A stretch of 60,744 nt of DNA from Halobacteriales archaeon QS_9_67_17. Its GTDB lineage: Archaea > Halobacteriota > Halobacteria > Halobacteriales > Haloarculaceae. The notes beneath the pieces were generated by a model. It did not search any database. It worked only from the letters and a program-made list of their open reading frames with translations, and was not told the origin of the DNA. Each line of letters starts with the position of its first letter. Positions within the stretch are counted from its first letter, which is position 1. A program made the position numbers and the translations under genes. The stretch spans positions 1-60,744 of the forward strand of contig PXSB01000050.1 of NCBI GenBank assembly GCA_003023185.1, read 5' to 3'. Positions 38,230 to 51,036 of this stretch are shown piece by piece.

Positions 38230-38339
38230 GACACACCTCCGAATAGCCAGCCACCGGCAAGGATTGCGACGTTAACATGTGAACAGCGTACAACTCGGCG
38301 TGAAGACGCCGAGACAGAGCCGTCGCTGTCAACGGCAGG

Positions 38340-39044
38340 TCACTCGTCCAAGTCGTCGAGCGCGTCGACGGCGCGGCCGAGCAGTTTCCCCTCGCCGCGC
38401 CGGAGCGTCTTCGAGACGGCCGGCTTCGACACGTCGAACCGGTCGGCCAAGTCGCCCAGCGTGGCGTCGCGTGGCGACTCGAAGTACCCCTCGTCGACGG
38501 CCGCCTCCAGCGTCTCGCGCTCCGTCTCCGAGAGGTCGCGACAGCCGTCGACAAGTGTCATCGCCGCGCCGACGTTGCTGACGAAGCCGTTCATGTCGGC
38601 CAGCGACATCTCGGAGCGCTCCACGACGGCGAAGTCGTTGTCGGTCTCCAGCGAGGCGAGCGTGCCGTCGGCGGTGTCCGCACGGTCGAAGCCGACCTGC
38701 CACAGTTCGCTGCCGCCCTCGATGTGGAACGGCCCCGTGATGTAGCCGTCGTTGCGCCGGATGGTCGCCATCGCGGCCGTCTCGTGGATGGTCGTCCGGA
38801 CGTGGGCCACGTCGTCCTGTTTCGAGAGCAGCGTTGCCTCCTGCATGTGTTCGTGGTCGGACAGCGCCGAGAGGCCGTTGTCGAGCGCCTCACGGTCTGC
38901 CCCCTCGACGAACATCCGCGTGGCGAGCGACCGCGCCGTCTCGTCGAACTCCCAGTGGACCGCCGAGAACGCCACCTCGTGCTCGACGGTCGTGTCGATG
39001 AACGGGCAGTCGTACTGCTCCATGTCGAGTGTGAGTTCGATCAT
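38340..39044 (-). CDS. Bat-type (HTH_10) transcriptional regulator
   Basis: QYDCPF at the N-terminus; GYFESPRDATLGDLADRFDVSKPAVSKTLRRGE. Confidence 0.9.
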   Translation of the reverse strand: MIELTLDMEQYDCPFIDTTVEHEVAFSAVHWEFDETARSLATRMFVEGADREALDNGLSALSDHEHMQEATLLSKQDDVAHVRTTIHETAAMATIRRNDGYITGPFHIEGGSELWQVGFDRADTADGTLASLETDNDFAVVERSEMSLADMNGFVSNVGAAMTLVDGCRDLSETERETLEAAVDEGYFESPRDATLGDLADRFDVSKPAVSKTLRRGEGKLLGRAVDALDDLDE

Positions 39045-39193
39045 GCTCCGGGTCCCGGGTGATTAACCAGCATACTTTGCCAGTGCTGATAACGCTTGCC
39101 GTCCGGCGTCGGTCGGGCGCGGCCGGCCACACTGCGGACCCGTCCGTCCATTCAAAGGAGTGATGTGTGTGGCCTCTCCAACCGGTCGTGTCG

Positions 39194-39448
39194 ATGGCCG
39201 ACGAGAGCGATGTCTCCGGTCGCAAGGGTGTCAGGTCGCGGTCGGTTGCGAGGGTACTGCTCGGTGCCGTCCTCGTCTCGTTCGTCGTCGTGGCCGCGCT
39301 CATGGCTCCGACCGGCCTCGCGGTCGCGTCGGGGATCGTCGCGCTCTTGCTCCTCGTCGTCTACCTCCTCTGGAACCTCACTCGGTCCGTCCGCGAGCTG
39401 AAACGGCGAGTTGAGCGCATTGAGGAGGCGGGCGACGGGCCCGAGTAG
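39194..39448 (+). CDS. Small membrane protein
   Basis: Two TM helices followed by a short coiled coil. Confidence 0.6.
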   Translation: MADESDVSGRKGVRSRSVARVLLGAVLVSFVVVAALMAPTGLAVASGIVALLLLVVYLLWNLTRSVRELKRRVERIEEAGDGPE

Positions 39449-39514
39449 TCCCGAGGGAGGTCACATCCGGACGCGTCGACGCGAGCACCCGCGGTCCCGG
39501 ACCGCCCCCGGCGC

Positions 39515-40464
39515 TCAGTCCTCGAACTCCGTTCGTTCGGGGGTGAGCGTCGCCGCGTCGACCACGTCGGCGGGGCGTCCGTCGTCGTCGACCGCGTGGT
39601 AGGCGGACCGATACCGCGAGAGCTTCCGGACGAGCAGCCCCCCAAACACCCCGTCGTAGACGAGCACGAAGCCGAAGAAGATGAGTATCGGCGGCACCTG
39701 CTGGAAGAAAGCCGAAACGACGAGAGGTACGAGACCGGCCAGCAGATTGTACGTGCCGTGGATGAACGCGGCGATGAGCAGTCCCTTCACCACGATGGGA
39801 CCGGCGTCGTCGCCGTTGAACTTCGCCAAGCCGAGATAGTAGCCGGCGAACGCCGAGTAGATGACGTGGCCCGGCCCGGCCAGCGCCCGGACCGCCGTGA
39901 TGCCGCCGCCCTCCCCGATGATCTGTGAGAGAAAGCCGCCGAGCCCGGTCTGGGCGAGTACGCCCGTTCCGACCGCCACGCCGCCGAGACCGAGCACCGC
40001 CAGCGCCTCCGTCCCGCCGCTCGCGCCGAGTTGGCGCGTGATATACAGCGCGTTCTCGATGGTGGCGAAGCCGAGGCCCGCGGCCGCACCGTAGACGGCC
40101 CCGTCGACCACGGCGTCGAACCGCTCGTCGCGATACGGGTAGAGCCGAACCGCGAGCAGTTTCACCGACTCCTCGACAGGGCCGACGACCAGATAGAAGA
40201 AGAGGACGGTGCCGACCAGCGGCACGACCCCAGCCCAATCGCGTACGGATCCTGTGCGAGTGCCGCACCGAGACCGCCGAGCAGGAACTGCGCCAGTAGG
40301 ATGGCCAACGCGAGCAGTATCAACACCACCCGTGCGACCGCCAGCGCCGTCCGGTAGACGCGCACCGCCAGCCGGTCGAGCGCCGTCCGGGGCTCCCACC
40401 GCGCGATGTCGTAGAGGTCTCGCGTCCCGTCGGCTCGCGCCTCGACGGGGTCCTCCTCGTTCAT
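39515..40464 (-). pseudogene. prsW: PrsW family intramembrane metalloprotease, frameshifted near 40230
   Basis: PVEESVK, GLGFATIEN, GH and HGTYN motifs; the N-terminus (MNEEDP...WEPRT) is in a different frame and the EP-containing segment is missing. Confidence 0.8.
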
Positions 40465-40504
40465 ATCCGACGGTGGAACCCTCCCGTGGTAAAACCCCGC
40501 ACCG

Positions 40505-40732
40505 TCTGTTGTTCAGATAAGCGCGCTTCAGTTAGATGGGCTAATAACAGGGTGTAGAAAGCCCCCGGTCGTTCGTCGCCTGCGCCTCGCTGCGCTCCTC
40601 GGGGCTCACTCGCTCCGCTCGTTCACCACCTGCGGTGCTTGCGTCGGCTCGGCTGACGAACGACCGGCCCCTTTCAGTCCCGCCCGACACGGTTGCTCGA
40701 CCGAGCGACGGCTCGTGTATCTGAACACCGCC
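40505..40732 (+). mobile_element. MITE copy 4
   Basis: Ends TGTTCAGATAAG / GTATCTGAACACCGCC; full core GAAAGCCCCCGG...CCGGCCCCTTTCAGTCCC. Confidence 0.85.
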
Positions 40733-40809
40733 GTCGGCCGTCGGGAGCGACACGGACAGCAGTCGCCCGCCGTCGCGTCGCTTTTTACGACCGCCCTCGA
40801 ATCCGTCGT

Positions 40810-41181
40810 ATGCACTTCGACCAGCGGGAACAGGCCGCGCTCCGCGCGGTCGGACTCGACACGGCCGACCTGCAGGCGGCCTCCGACCGCGTTGCCGACC
40901 TCGCAACGGAGGCGGCCGCGGATCTGGAAGCGTTCTTCGGCGACGGCGGGACGTTCTACTCGGATATGGATCTGGCACACGCGAGCGACGGCGTCGCCGA
41001 ACACGCCGTCGACTACCTCGACACGTACACGCATGCGGCCGACCTGCACGGCTGGCTCCGCTTCGAGACGTGGGGCGTGCGCGTCGAGGACGGCCGAGTG
41101 CTCTCCGAGGAGGTGGTCGAACTCACGCTGAGCGGGCGGCACGGTCGCACGCGGTTCGCGACTGACCCCGGGGCGCTATGA
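40810..41181 (+). CDS. Conserved haloarchaeal hypothetical protein
   Basis: MHFDQREQAAL...; ATGA overlap with the FAU-1 gene. Confidence 0.75.
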   Translation: MHFDQREQAALRAVGLDTADLQAASDRVADLATEAAADLEAFFGDGGTFYSDMDLAHASDGVAEHAVDYLDTYTHAADLHGWLRFETWGVRVEDGRVLSEEVVELTLSGRHGRTRFATDPGAL

Positions 41182-42551
41182 ACGTCCGCGTTCGCGGCAT
41201 CTACGCGACCGCGCTGACGGCGCTGTTCGGCGACGAGACGGTCGTGCAGGCGTCGCCGGCGATCCGCGAGCGGTTCGACGCTGAGTTCCCGGTCGCTCCC
41301 GCCGCGGCCGCAATCGAGACGACCGACGACCGACAGGGCGTCACGCTCGTCGGGGCGCGGGGAGCCGTCGAACGGGCGCGCGAGCGACTCGCGGGGGTGT
41401 CGCGCGACACGCTCGCGTGGGGCGACGCCGCACCACAGGACGCCGTTTTCGAGGGCGTCGTCACCGAGACGCTCGGCTCGGGTGCGGTCGTCGACCTCGG
41501 CGACGCGGAGGGGTTTCTGCCCTACGACGCCGTTGACGGCTACGTCGAGACGGACGACCGCGTTCGCGTGCAGGTTCGCCGCTCGGAACCGCCGTGGCTT
41601 GACCGGCGGCCCCGCCTCGACGCCGACATCGAGGTGTCGGGCGCCCTCGTCCGACTCGTCCGCGGCACCGCGAACGAGGCGGCCGGCGGCGCGCAGTTGG
41701 TCGATATCCTCCCGGTCGACGTGCCGGACGGTTGGGTACCCCGGTGGGGCCGCGACGAGGAGGAGGCGTCGATGGACGCGTTAGGCGACGCGCTCGACGC
41801 GGCGGCCGACCGAGCCGACCTGTTCGACGTGGCGCTCGCGGACGCGACGGGGGACGACGCTCCCGCTCGACTGGCCACGCCGCTCGCGACCGCCCACGTC
41901 TGGTTCGGGCGCGAGGGGCGATTCGCGCTCGACGGGAAGCGGCGGGGCGTGACGGCGACGATGCCGGGTCACCACCGGACGAAGGCCGCGACCGACGCGG
42001 CGAGCGCGGCGGTCGATTTCGTCGAGGCGCTCACCGACCCCGGCCCGGACGGCGAGTTCCCGTTTGGCGTCGCGACCCGGCAGTTCGGTCCCCGGGAGGG
42101 TGACCGACTCCGCATCGAACACGGGAAGCCGGACGGCCGCCTCATCACCCTGGGACAGGGTGCGGTGACCGAGCGCGACCCGGACGGTGAGGTCCGGATG
42201 GAGCGGGAGATGCACCCCGGCGGACAGTACGACGCGCTGGACGTGGAGCGGCGAGCGGGCGACGTGGCCGTCACGAAGTTCGTCGAGGGACGCTGGTGGT
42301 ATGCGACCGTCTACCGGGGCGACGACGGGACGCGCCGGGGCACCTACGTCAACGTCTGTACGCCGGTCGAGGTGTTCCCGGACGCCGTGCGCTACGTCGA
42401 CCTCCACGTCGACGTGGTGAAGGGCCCGGACGGCGATGTGCGCCGGGTGGACGACGACGAACTGGACGCGGCAGTGGCGGCCGGAAACGTCTCTGAGCCG
42501 CTGGCCGAGCGGGCGCGAGCGGTCGCGGCGAAGTTGGAGGAGGCACTCTAG
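41178..42551 (+). CDS. FAU-1 / DUF402 RNA-binding protein (probable ribonuclease)
   Basis: VRVRGIYATALT, S1-like domain, PGHHR, GTYVNVCTPVE and YVDLHVDVV. Confidence 0.88.
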   Translation: MNVRVRGIYATALTALFGDETVVQASPAIRERFDAEFPVAPAAAAIETTDDRQGVTLVGARGAVERARERLAGVSRDTLAWGDAAPQDAVFEGVVTETLGSGAVVDLGDAEGFLPYDAVDGYVETDDRVRVQVRRSEPPWLDRRPRLDADIEVSGALVRLVRGTANEAAGGAQLVDILPVDVPDGWVPRWGRDEEEASMDALGDALDAAADRADLFDVALADATGDDAPARLATPLATAHVWFGREGRFALDGKRRGVTATMPGHHRTKAATDAASAAVDFVEALTDPGPDGEFPFGVATRQFGPREGDRLRIEHGKPDGRLITLGQGAVTERDPDGEVRMEREMHPGGQYDALDVERRAGDVAVTKFVEGRWWYATVYRGDDGTRRGTYVNVCTPVEVFPDAVRYVDLHVDVVKGPDGDVRRVDDDELDAAVAAGNVSEPLAERARAVAAKLEEAL

Positions 42552-43933
42552 TCGCCGCGAAGGCGTCGCCACGCCGCGAGTCCGATACCCGCCAGCGCCG
42601 CGGCGACACCGAAGCCGGGTTGGCCGGTGGTCGGCGTCGGTTCTCCGGCGGTCGTCGGCACGTCGGTCGGGGTCGACGTTGCCGTCTGCGTCGCGGTTGG
42701 CGTCGGAGTCGAGGTCGGAGTCTGCGTCGGTTCGGGTGTCTCCGGCGGCGCAGTATCCGGCAGTTGGAACGTGAAGAGTGCTGCCGCCGAACTGTCGGTA
42801 TCTGCGCCGCTGTCGCCGGGGTCGCCGCGGCTCGATGCGACGAAGATCCCGTCGCCGGCGTGTTGTGCCGTCCAGAAACTCGTCGCGCCGACGTCGCGGT
42901 ACGCGCCGGTCAGTATCGGCTGGCTCGGGTCGGAGATGTCGTAGCTCCGGACGCCGCCCTGATACCACGAGGAGACGAGCGTGTCGCCGCTGATCTCGAA
43001 GTTGTGCGAGGTGGTCCAGATGCCGTCGTACCCCGGGTCGGGCGTCTCCGGCGCGGGGATGGTCGCCACCGCTTTCGGCGCTGTCGGGTCGCTCACGTCG
43101 TAGAGGTGGAGCGCGCCCGGGCGAACGTCTTCCTCCGTCGTGCCGGCGTCCCACGCCTCCACGCTGATACAGACGAGCGAGCCGTCGTCGTTGGCGGCGG
43201 CGAAGTGGTCGTTGCCCGGCGGCTGCAACTGGGCGCGTTGGATCGCCTCGCTCGACCGGTCGACGTACTGCGCGGCGTCTTGCCCGCGCACGCGACCGAC
43301 GAGTTCCGGCGTCGCCGGATCGCGCACATCGACCATCCACGTCCCCGCGTCCCACTGTGCGAGGTATGCGGTGCCGTCCTGAACGGAGACGTCGTGGAGC
43401 GGCCACACGGCGAAGGGAACGTCCTGCCACGTCCGGTCCTGCGAGACGACCGACCAGTCGCCGAGACGCTCGCCCGTCGCCGCGTCGACGGTCACGAGCG
43501 CGTTCCGCTCGCCGTCGTTGCCGCACAGATACACCGTGTCGTCGGCGAGCGCGCAGTTGTGGTTGAAGAAGTCCGTCTCGTGGACGGTGACGGGGCCGGT
43601 GACGGCGAGTCGGTCACCGTCGACGGCCACGTCGTAGATGTCGCGCAGCGAGCCGTCCTCGTGGTCGGCGAGGACGGAGCGGTTCTCGTACGTCAGCACC
43701 GGCGACATGGGGTCGGACAGGTCGACGACCGCGAACCCGTCGGTGACGGCGACGTAGGCAGTACCGTCGGCGACGACGACCTCCTTCGCCCCCGGAAGCG
43801 TGAGTCGGCCGAGCGTCGCGAGCGCGGGGTCGTCGCGACGCTCGCGGCCACGGCGACCCCGCGCGGTCGTGACACCGGCGAGCGCCAGCGCCCCGCTCCC
43901 CCCGAGCACTCGGAGGGCCTCGCGCCGTCGCAT
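42548..43933 (-). CDS. LVIVD-repeat surface protein with Tat signal and PGF-CTERM anchor
   Basis: MRRREAL signal, DVSDP repeats, TSHNF, SWYQGG, Thr/Pro linker, and QPGFG-TM-RR. Confidence 0.85.
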   Translation of the reverse strand: MRRREALRVLGGSGALALAGVTTARGRRGRERRDDPALATLGRLTLPGAKEVVVADGTAYVAVTDGFAVVDLSDPMSPVLTYENRSVLADHEDGSLRDIYDVAVDGDRLAVTGPVTVHETDFFNHNCALADDTVYLCGNDGERNALVTVDAATGERLGDWSVVSQDRTWQDVPFAVWPLHDVSVQDGTAYLAQWDAGTWMVDVRDPATPELVGRVRGQDAAQYVDRSSEAIQRAQLQPPGNDHFAAANDDGSLVCISVEAWDAGTTEEDVRPGALHLYDVSDPTAPKAVATIPAPETPDPGYDGIWTTSHNFEISGDTLVSSWYQGGVRSYDISDPSQPILTGAYRDVGATSFWTAQHAGDGIFVASSRGDPGDSGADTDSSAAALFTFQLPDTAPPETPEPTQTPTSTPTPTATQTATSTPTDVPTTAGEPTPTTGQPGFGVAAALAGIGLAAWRRLRGD

Positions 43934-43981
43934 ACTCACGCGTGGGGACGAGGGGAAATAAGCGAGATGGCTGTCGGCACG

Positions 43982-44195
43982 GGCAACATTCGGATAACCG
44001 GGTCGTCGCTCGGCCGAGAACCCGCGGTGGGTGGGACTGAAAGGGGCCGGCCGGCACGGGAAGCACGGCGACGCAAGCACCGCAGCGAACGGAGTGAGCG
44101 AGGCGCGCAGCGAGCCGCGCGACCGTACCGGCCGGGGGCTTTCTACACCTCGTTGGCCGACTAGTCTCCGGAGTCACTCTTACCTGAACACTAAC
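43982..44195 (-). mobile_element. MITE copy 5
   Basis: Ends GGCAACATTCGGATAAC / CTTACCTGAACACTAAC; perfect 9-bp TSD GTCGGCACG at 43973-81 and 44196-204. Confidence 0.9.
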
Positions 44196-44233
44196 GTCGG
44201 CACGCCTATGTCCGGGGAGCGAGTCGCGCCGGC

Positions 44234-44974
44234 ATGGAACTCACGCCGGACCTCTCCGGACGGGTCGCGCTCGTGACGGGGGCGGCGCGGGGGCTCGGTC
44301 GCGCGTTCGCCCTCGCGCTCGCTGACCACGGGGCCGACGTCGCCGTCCACTACAACACCAGCGAGACGGCGGCCCACGAGACGGCCGCGGACGCCCGAGA
44401 GCGGGGCGTCAACGCGACAGCAGTCTCGGCGGACGTGACCGACCCGGACCTCGTCGACGACCTCTTCGGCGCCGTCGAGGCGGAACTCGGAACCGTGGAC
44501 GTGCTCGTCAACAACGTCGGGAACTTCGCGCCCGACCACTGGGAGGAGATCGACTGGGAGCGGTGGCAGTCGGTGACCGCGACGAACTACGACGCGACGG
44601 TGCTCTGCTCGAAGCGCGCGCTGGGGCCGATGCGCGAGCAGGCATGGGGTCGCATCGTCAACGTGGGCTACGCCTCCGCCGAAGACGGACTGGTCGCGCC
44701 GGAGAACTTCCCGTACTTCGTCGCCAAGGCCGGCGTACTGATGTTCACGCGGATGCTCGCCGCCGACACGACTGAGGACGGCGTCACCGTCAACGCCGTC
44801 TCGCCGTACGTGGTCGAGAGCTCCGACGAGTTCCCCGACGACGCCCCCCGCGGTCGGTGGGCGGGCTTCGATGACATCGTCGCGCCCGCGTTGTTCTTCT
44901 GCACCGAGGCGGCGAGTTACGTCTCCGGCGAGAACGTCGAGGTGGACGGCGGCTGGCTCCCCGAGGACGTGTGA
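44234..44974 (+). CDS. SDR family oxidoreductase
   Basis: TGAARGLG, VNNVG, YFVAK and VNAVSP motifs. Confidence 0.92.
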   Translation: MELTPDLSGRVALVTGAARGLGRAFALALADHGADVAVHYNTSETAAHETAADARERGVNATAVSADVTDPDLVDDLFGAVEAELGTVDVLVNNVGNFAPDHWEEIDWERWQSVTATNYDATVLCSKRALGPMREQAWGRIVNVGYASAEDGLVAPENFPYFVAKAGVLMFTRMLAADTTEDGVTVNAVSPYVVESSDEFPDDAPRGRWAGFDDIVAPALFFCTEAASYVSGENVEVDGGWLPEDV

Positions 44975-45114
44975 CCCGCACCCCTTCGGGTCGAACGTCG
45001 TCGAGACGGCTCAGACCGTCGCCTGCCGGCAGAGTGCATGAATATGGAGGATGATGAAAATCCCCCGAACGCTTATTCGCGATGCGCGAGCCACCCTTCT
45101 GTAGGGAGGATGGA

Positions 45115-45261
45115 ATGAGCGTCCGCAAACGGCTGGCGAGGCTCATCATCGACACTGGAGAGCAGACACACTGTGAGTGTCGCCGGTGTGGCCGGAATCT
45201 CGAGGCTACGCAGTCGCCGTGTCCCGAATGCGGCGGGCCGACGGGGACGTACGAGTTCTGA
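45115..45261 (+). CDS. 48-aa zinc-finger micro-protein (below the ORF-track cutoff)
   Basis: MSVRKRLARLIIDTGEQTHCECRRCGRNLEATQSPCPECGGPTGTYEF; GGAGG upstream. Confidence 0.75.
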   Translation: MSVRKRLARLIIDTGEQTHCECRRCGRNLEATQSPCPECGGPTGTYEF

Positions 45262-45306
45262 GCCGACACCACCACCCGACGGTGGCGGCGTCTCGATAGT
45301 CGCTGC

Positions 45307-45882
45307 TCAGTTGCCTTGGATGGCGTCGATGACCATCGCGGCGGCGACCACCGGTTCCGTCGGCACCTGCTCGGCGTCGTCGATGCTGATCTCGTAGGTG
45401 TCGCGGAGGGAGAACTTCCCCGCGATGGTGCCGACGTGATTGCCGTCCACGTCGGTGATCTCGTACTTGTGCGGGATCCAGTGGCCGAACGGCAGGACGT
45501 TGCGCGCGATGGTCGTCAGCGCGCCCCGAGACTCGATTTTCGCGAGCGCGCGCTCGTCGTCGGCGTCCCGGACAGTCCACGTGTCTTGGAACAGCGAGTA
45601 GTCGTTGTCGAGGGTGACCAGCTCCTCGTCCGTGGCCGCGTCGACGAGCGCGTAGTCGCCCGCAACGTCGATGATGCCGCCGGCCTTCACCGTGAACGCG
45701 TCGTTGCCGTCGGCGTCGGTGAACGGGAACTCCTCCTTCAGCTTGAACATCTTCTGTTTCCCACGGAGGACGACATCGCCCGACGCGTCGGTCGCGCGGT
45801 ACTTGTTGCGTATCAGCGACTGGACGACCGTGTACGAGGAGTCGGTCAGGTCGACGCCGCCGATATCGTATTCGGAGGACAC
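45307..45882 (-). CDS. LURP-one/scramblase-like (Tubby C-like) protein
   Basis: QKMFKLKEEFPF, GKFSLRDTYEI and VIDAI; GTG start at 45882. Confidence 0.8.
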   Translation of the reverse strand: MSSEYDIGGVDLTDSSYTVVQSLIRNKYRATDASGDVVLRGKQKMFKLKEEFPFTDADGNDAFTVKAGGIIDVAGDYALVDAATDEELVTLDNDYSLFQDTWTVRDADDERALAKIESRGALTTIARNVLPFGHWIPHKYEITDVDGNHVGTIAGKFSLRDTYEISIDDAEQVPTEPVVAAAMVIDAIQGN

Positions 45883-45929
45883 ACCCTGTGTGGCCCGGCC
45901 TCGTTTGTAAACTTCCGGGCCGTCGCTAG

Positions 45930-46075
45930 GGTGGTGTTCGGTTAAGGGCTGTTTAGTTGGAGGAGCTAGCAAGAGGGTGTAGAAAGCCCCCGGTCGGTGC
46001 GGTCGCGCGGCTCGCTGCGCGCCTTGCCCTCCCGTCGGTCGGGCTGCGGTGCTTGCGTCGCCGTGCTTCCCGTAG
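45930..46075 (+). mobile_element. MITE copy 6 (truncated)
   Basis: Left end GGTGGTGTTCGGTTAAG and core start GTAGAAAGCCCCCGG; the right part is absent. Confidence 0.75.
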
Positions 46076-46553
46076 CGCCCACCGGGAGAGCTTCGCTCTC
46101 CCGAGCAATCGGCGGCTTCGCCGCCGATAACGGGTCCGGCTGTTCGACTGCCACGGTCTCTTTCTCGGCGTCCTGCCACGCCGTGAAGCCGCCCGTCAGG
46201 TGCGCCACGTCGTCGTATCCCATCTCGGTCAGTCGTCGCGCGACCAGCGCCGACCGACCGGCTTCGTTGCAGTAGCAGACGTATCGCGTATCGGGATGGA
46301 AGAAGTCCTTGTAATACTCCGTCTCGGGGTCGGCCCAGAACTCGACCATCCCGCGAGGCGCGTGCTGATCGTCGGGGATCGCACCCTCGATCCAGCGTTC
46401 GCGCACGTCTCGCACGTCCAACACGACGGTCTCCGGGTCGTCGCGTTCGGCATCAAGTTCGTCGACTGAGACGGATTCGACCTCGACATCCGCTTCCGCC
46501 GCAAGGTCCCACGCACACTGTTCCAGCTCAAAGTTGGAAAGTTCATGTGTCAT
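45966..46553 (-). CDS. Rhodanese-like protein (C-terminus reads into repeats; native end about 46130)
   Basis: LDVRD, GAIP, YCNEAGRS and LTGGFTAW motifs. Confidence 0.85.
   Translation of the reverse strand: MTHELSNFELEQCAWDLAAEADVEVESVSVDELDAERDDPETVVLDVRDVRERWIEGAIPDDQHAPRGMVEFWADPETEYYKDFFHPDTRYVCYCNEAGRSALVARRLTEMGYDDVAHLTGGFTAWQDAEKETVAVEQPDPLSAAKPPIARESEALPVGATGSTATQAPQPDRREGKARSEPRDRTDRGLSTPSC
46083..46128. repeat. Two perfect mini-hairpins with GCTTCGC/GCGAAGC cores
   Basis: CGGGAGAG-CTTCG-CTCTCCCG and ATCGGCGG-CTTCG-CCGCCGAT. Confidence 0.8.
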
Positions 46554-46715
46554 ACTGTAATGAAGATGATCGGTATTTAGGAGTCGATCTTTAGCTTATT
46601 TACGATTTTATGAAATCTCAATACTAAGCTTCTCATACAATCGCACGACATAATACGCTGTACCGGCGGCAGCAAACAGGATGCCAACTACGAGGTACAG
46701 CGTGTATAATTCCAT

Positions 46716-47297
46716 CTAGTTGTCAAGGACAAATCGCTGCGCCGCTTTGATGATGTGATGCTTCTTCTGATTAATGGGTACAGAAGTTTCCAACCAGATG
46801 TTATCCGCCACCTCGATAGGTCGGTTCATTTCCTTGTCGGGGTGTCGTGGCTTACTATTCAAGATGTAGTTCGACTGTTGCGGAGTTTTGAATGGTACAT
46901 CCGATTCTGTAATATATCCTCTGTTAGCTATGTAGCTGAAGAATGAAGCCATATTCCGTGCATCTGGCTTCTCAGGATCGAATGTGACGGTCTCGTCCTC
47001 AGTGTCGATAGCGATGTCAGCCTCAGAAAGTAGTCGATCAGAAAAGGATTTCTCCGTGGTGTCTGTACCTATGTCAGTACCAGAATCCTTTCCGATTCGG
47101 ACTTGTCCAGTAAATTCGATAGGAAATGGACTGTCCCCGTCTGCTGAGCTAAAATCACTCAGTTCAATAATGCTGACTTCTTCGACATCGTCCCAATCGA
47201 AGGTCTCTGTCATCCGTGCGATTCTGCCATGTTCACTGTATTGGACTCCATCTTGCCGAACCGAGATTTTGACTTCACTACCAGAATCGTTTGCCAT
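46716..47297 (-). CDS. AT-rich hypothetical protein, possible SeqA-C-like C-terminal domain
   Basis: Single long ORF in an AT-rich islet; C-terminal NYILNSKPRHP...PIEVADNIWLET...KK. Confidence 0.6.
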   Translation of the reverse strand: MANDSGSEVKISVRQDGVQYSEHGRIARMTETFDWDDVEEVSIIELSDFSSADGDSPFPIEFTGQVRIGKDSGTDIGTDTTEKSFSDRLLSEADIAIDTEDETVTFDPEKPDARNMASFFSYIANRGYITESDVPFKTPQQSNYILNSKPRHPDKEMNRPIEVADNIWLETSVPINQKKHHIIKAAQRFVLDN

Positions 47298-47469
47298 GTA
47301 GCCATGTATGGAGTGGGCATACATATGCTTTGGCAATCCATGGCATCTCAATACGAGAGCACAGCATCACGTCGTGGCCAAAGTTGTGATTTCTAAATTG
47401 GTTCAGAACGTCAATATATACTGCTCAGATCGACAGGGTTTCGGTGCGCCCGCACTTGGACGCAAGCAG

Positions 47470-50499
<3,030 letters not shown>

Positions 50500-50571
50500 C
50501 GAACCTCACTCTCGTCGCTAGCCGAACATGTTACCCTCAGTCTACGTCCGAAGGGTCTACGTACTACGCGT

Positions 50572-50985
50572 ATGCGCCAAACGAGCGACGTGGACATCGT
50601 GGTAGCGACCGACGGAAGCGAGGCCGCGAGTCGCGGCGTTGACCACGCACTCGCCATCGCGGAGACGTGGGACGCCACCGTCCACGCGCTCACCGTCGTG
50701 CCGGTCCCCGACGACCACGCGACCGCGCTACCGTCGGCCGGCCGAGAGCAGGCCGACCGCCGCGGACAGACACTCGTCTTGTCGGTCGCCGCGCGGGCCC
50801 TCGACCGCGACCTGTGTGCCGAGACCGCAGTCAGATACGGCCGCCCGCACCGCGTCATCGCGTCCTACGCCGACGAGGTGGGCGCCAACCTCATCGTATT
50901 GGGCGGTCGCGAGAACGCCGACTATCAGGGGTCGATGGCGAGTCGCGTCGCGATGGCGACGGACCGGAACGTCGCGCCGATGTGA
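50572..50985 (+). CDS. Universal stress protein
   Basis: IVVATDGS, G.P...I, LIVLG and GS.A..V pattern. Confidence 0.85.
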   Translation: MRQTSDVDIVVATDGSEAASRGVDHALAIAETWDATVHALTVVPVPDDHATALPSAGREQADRRGQTLVLSVAARALDRDLCAETAVRYGRPHRVIASYADEVGANLIVLGGRENADYQGSMASRVAMATDRNVAPM

Positions 50986-51007
50986 GATTATTCCTGCTCG
51001 AAAGGAA

Positions 51008-51015
51008 TTAAATAT
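51008..51015 (+). promoter_or_regulatory. Putative BRE/TATA of the operon starting at 51037
   Basis: CGAAAGGAA followed by TTAAATAT, about 25 nt before the ATG. Confidence 0.55.
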
Positions 51016-51036
51016 ACTCGGGCGTACAGCCCGCGC

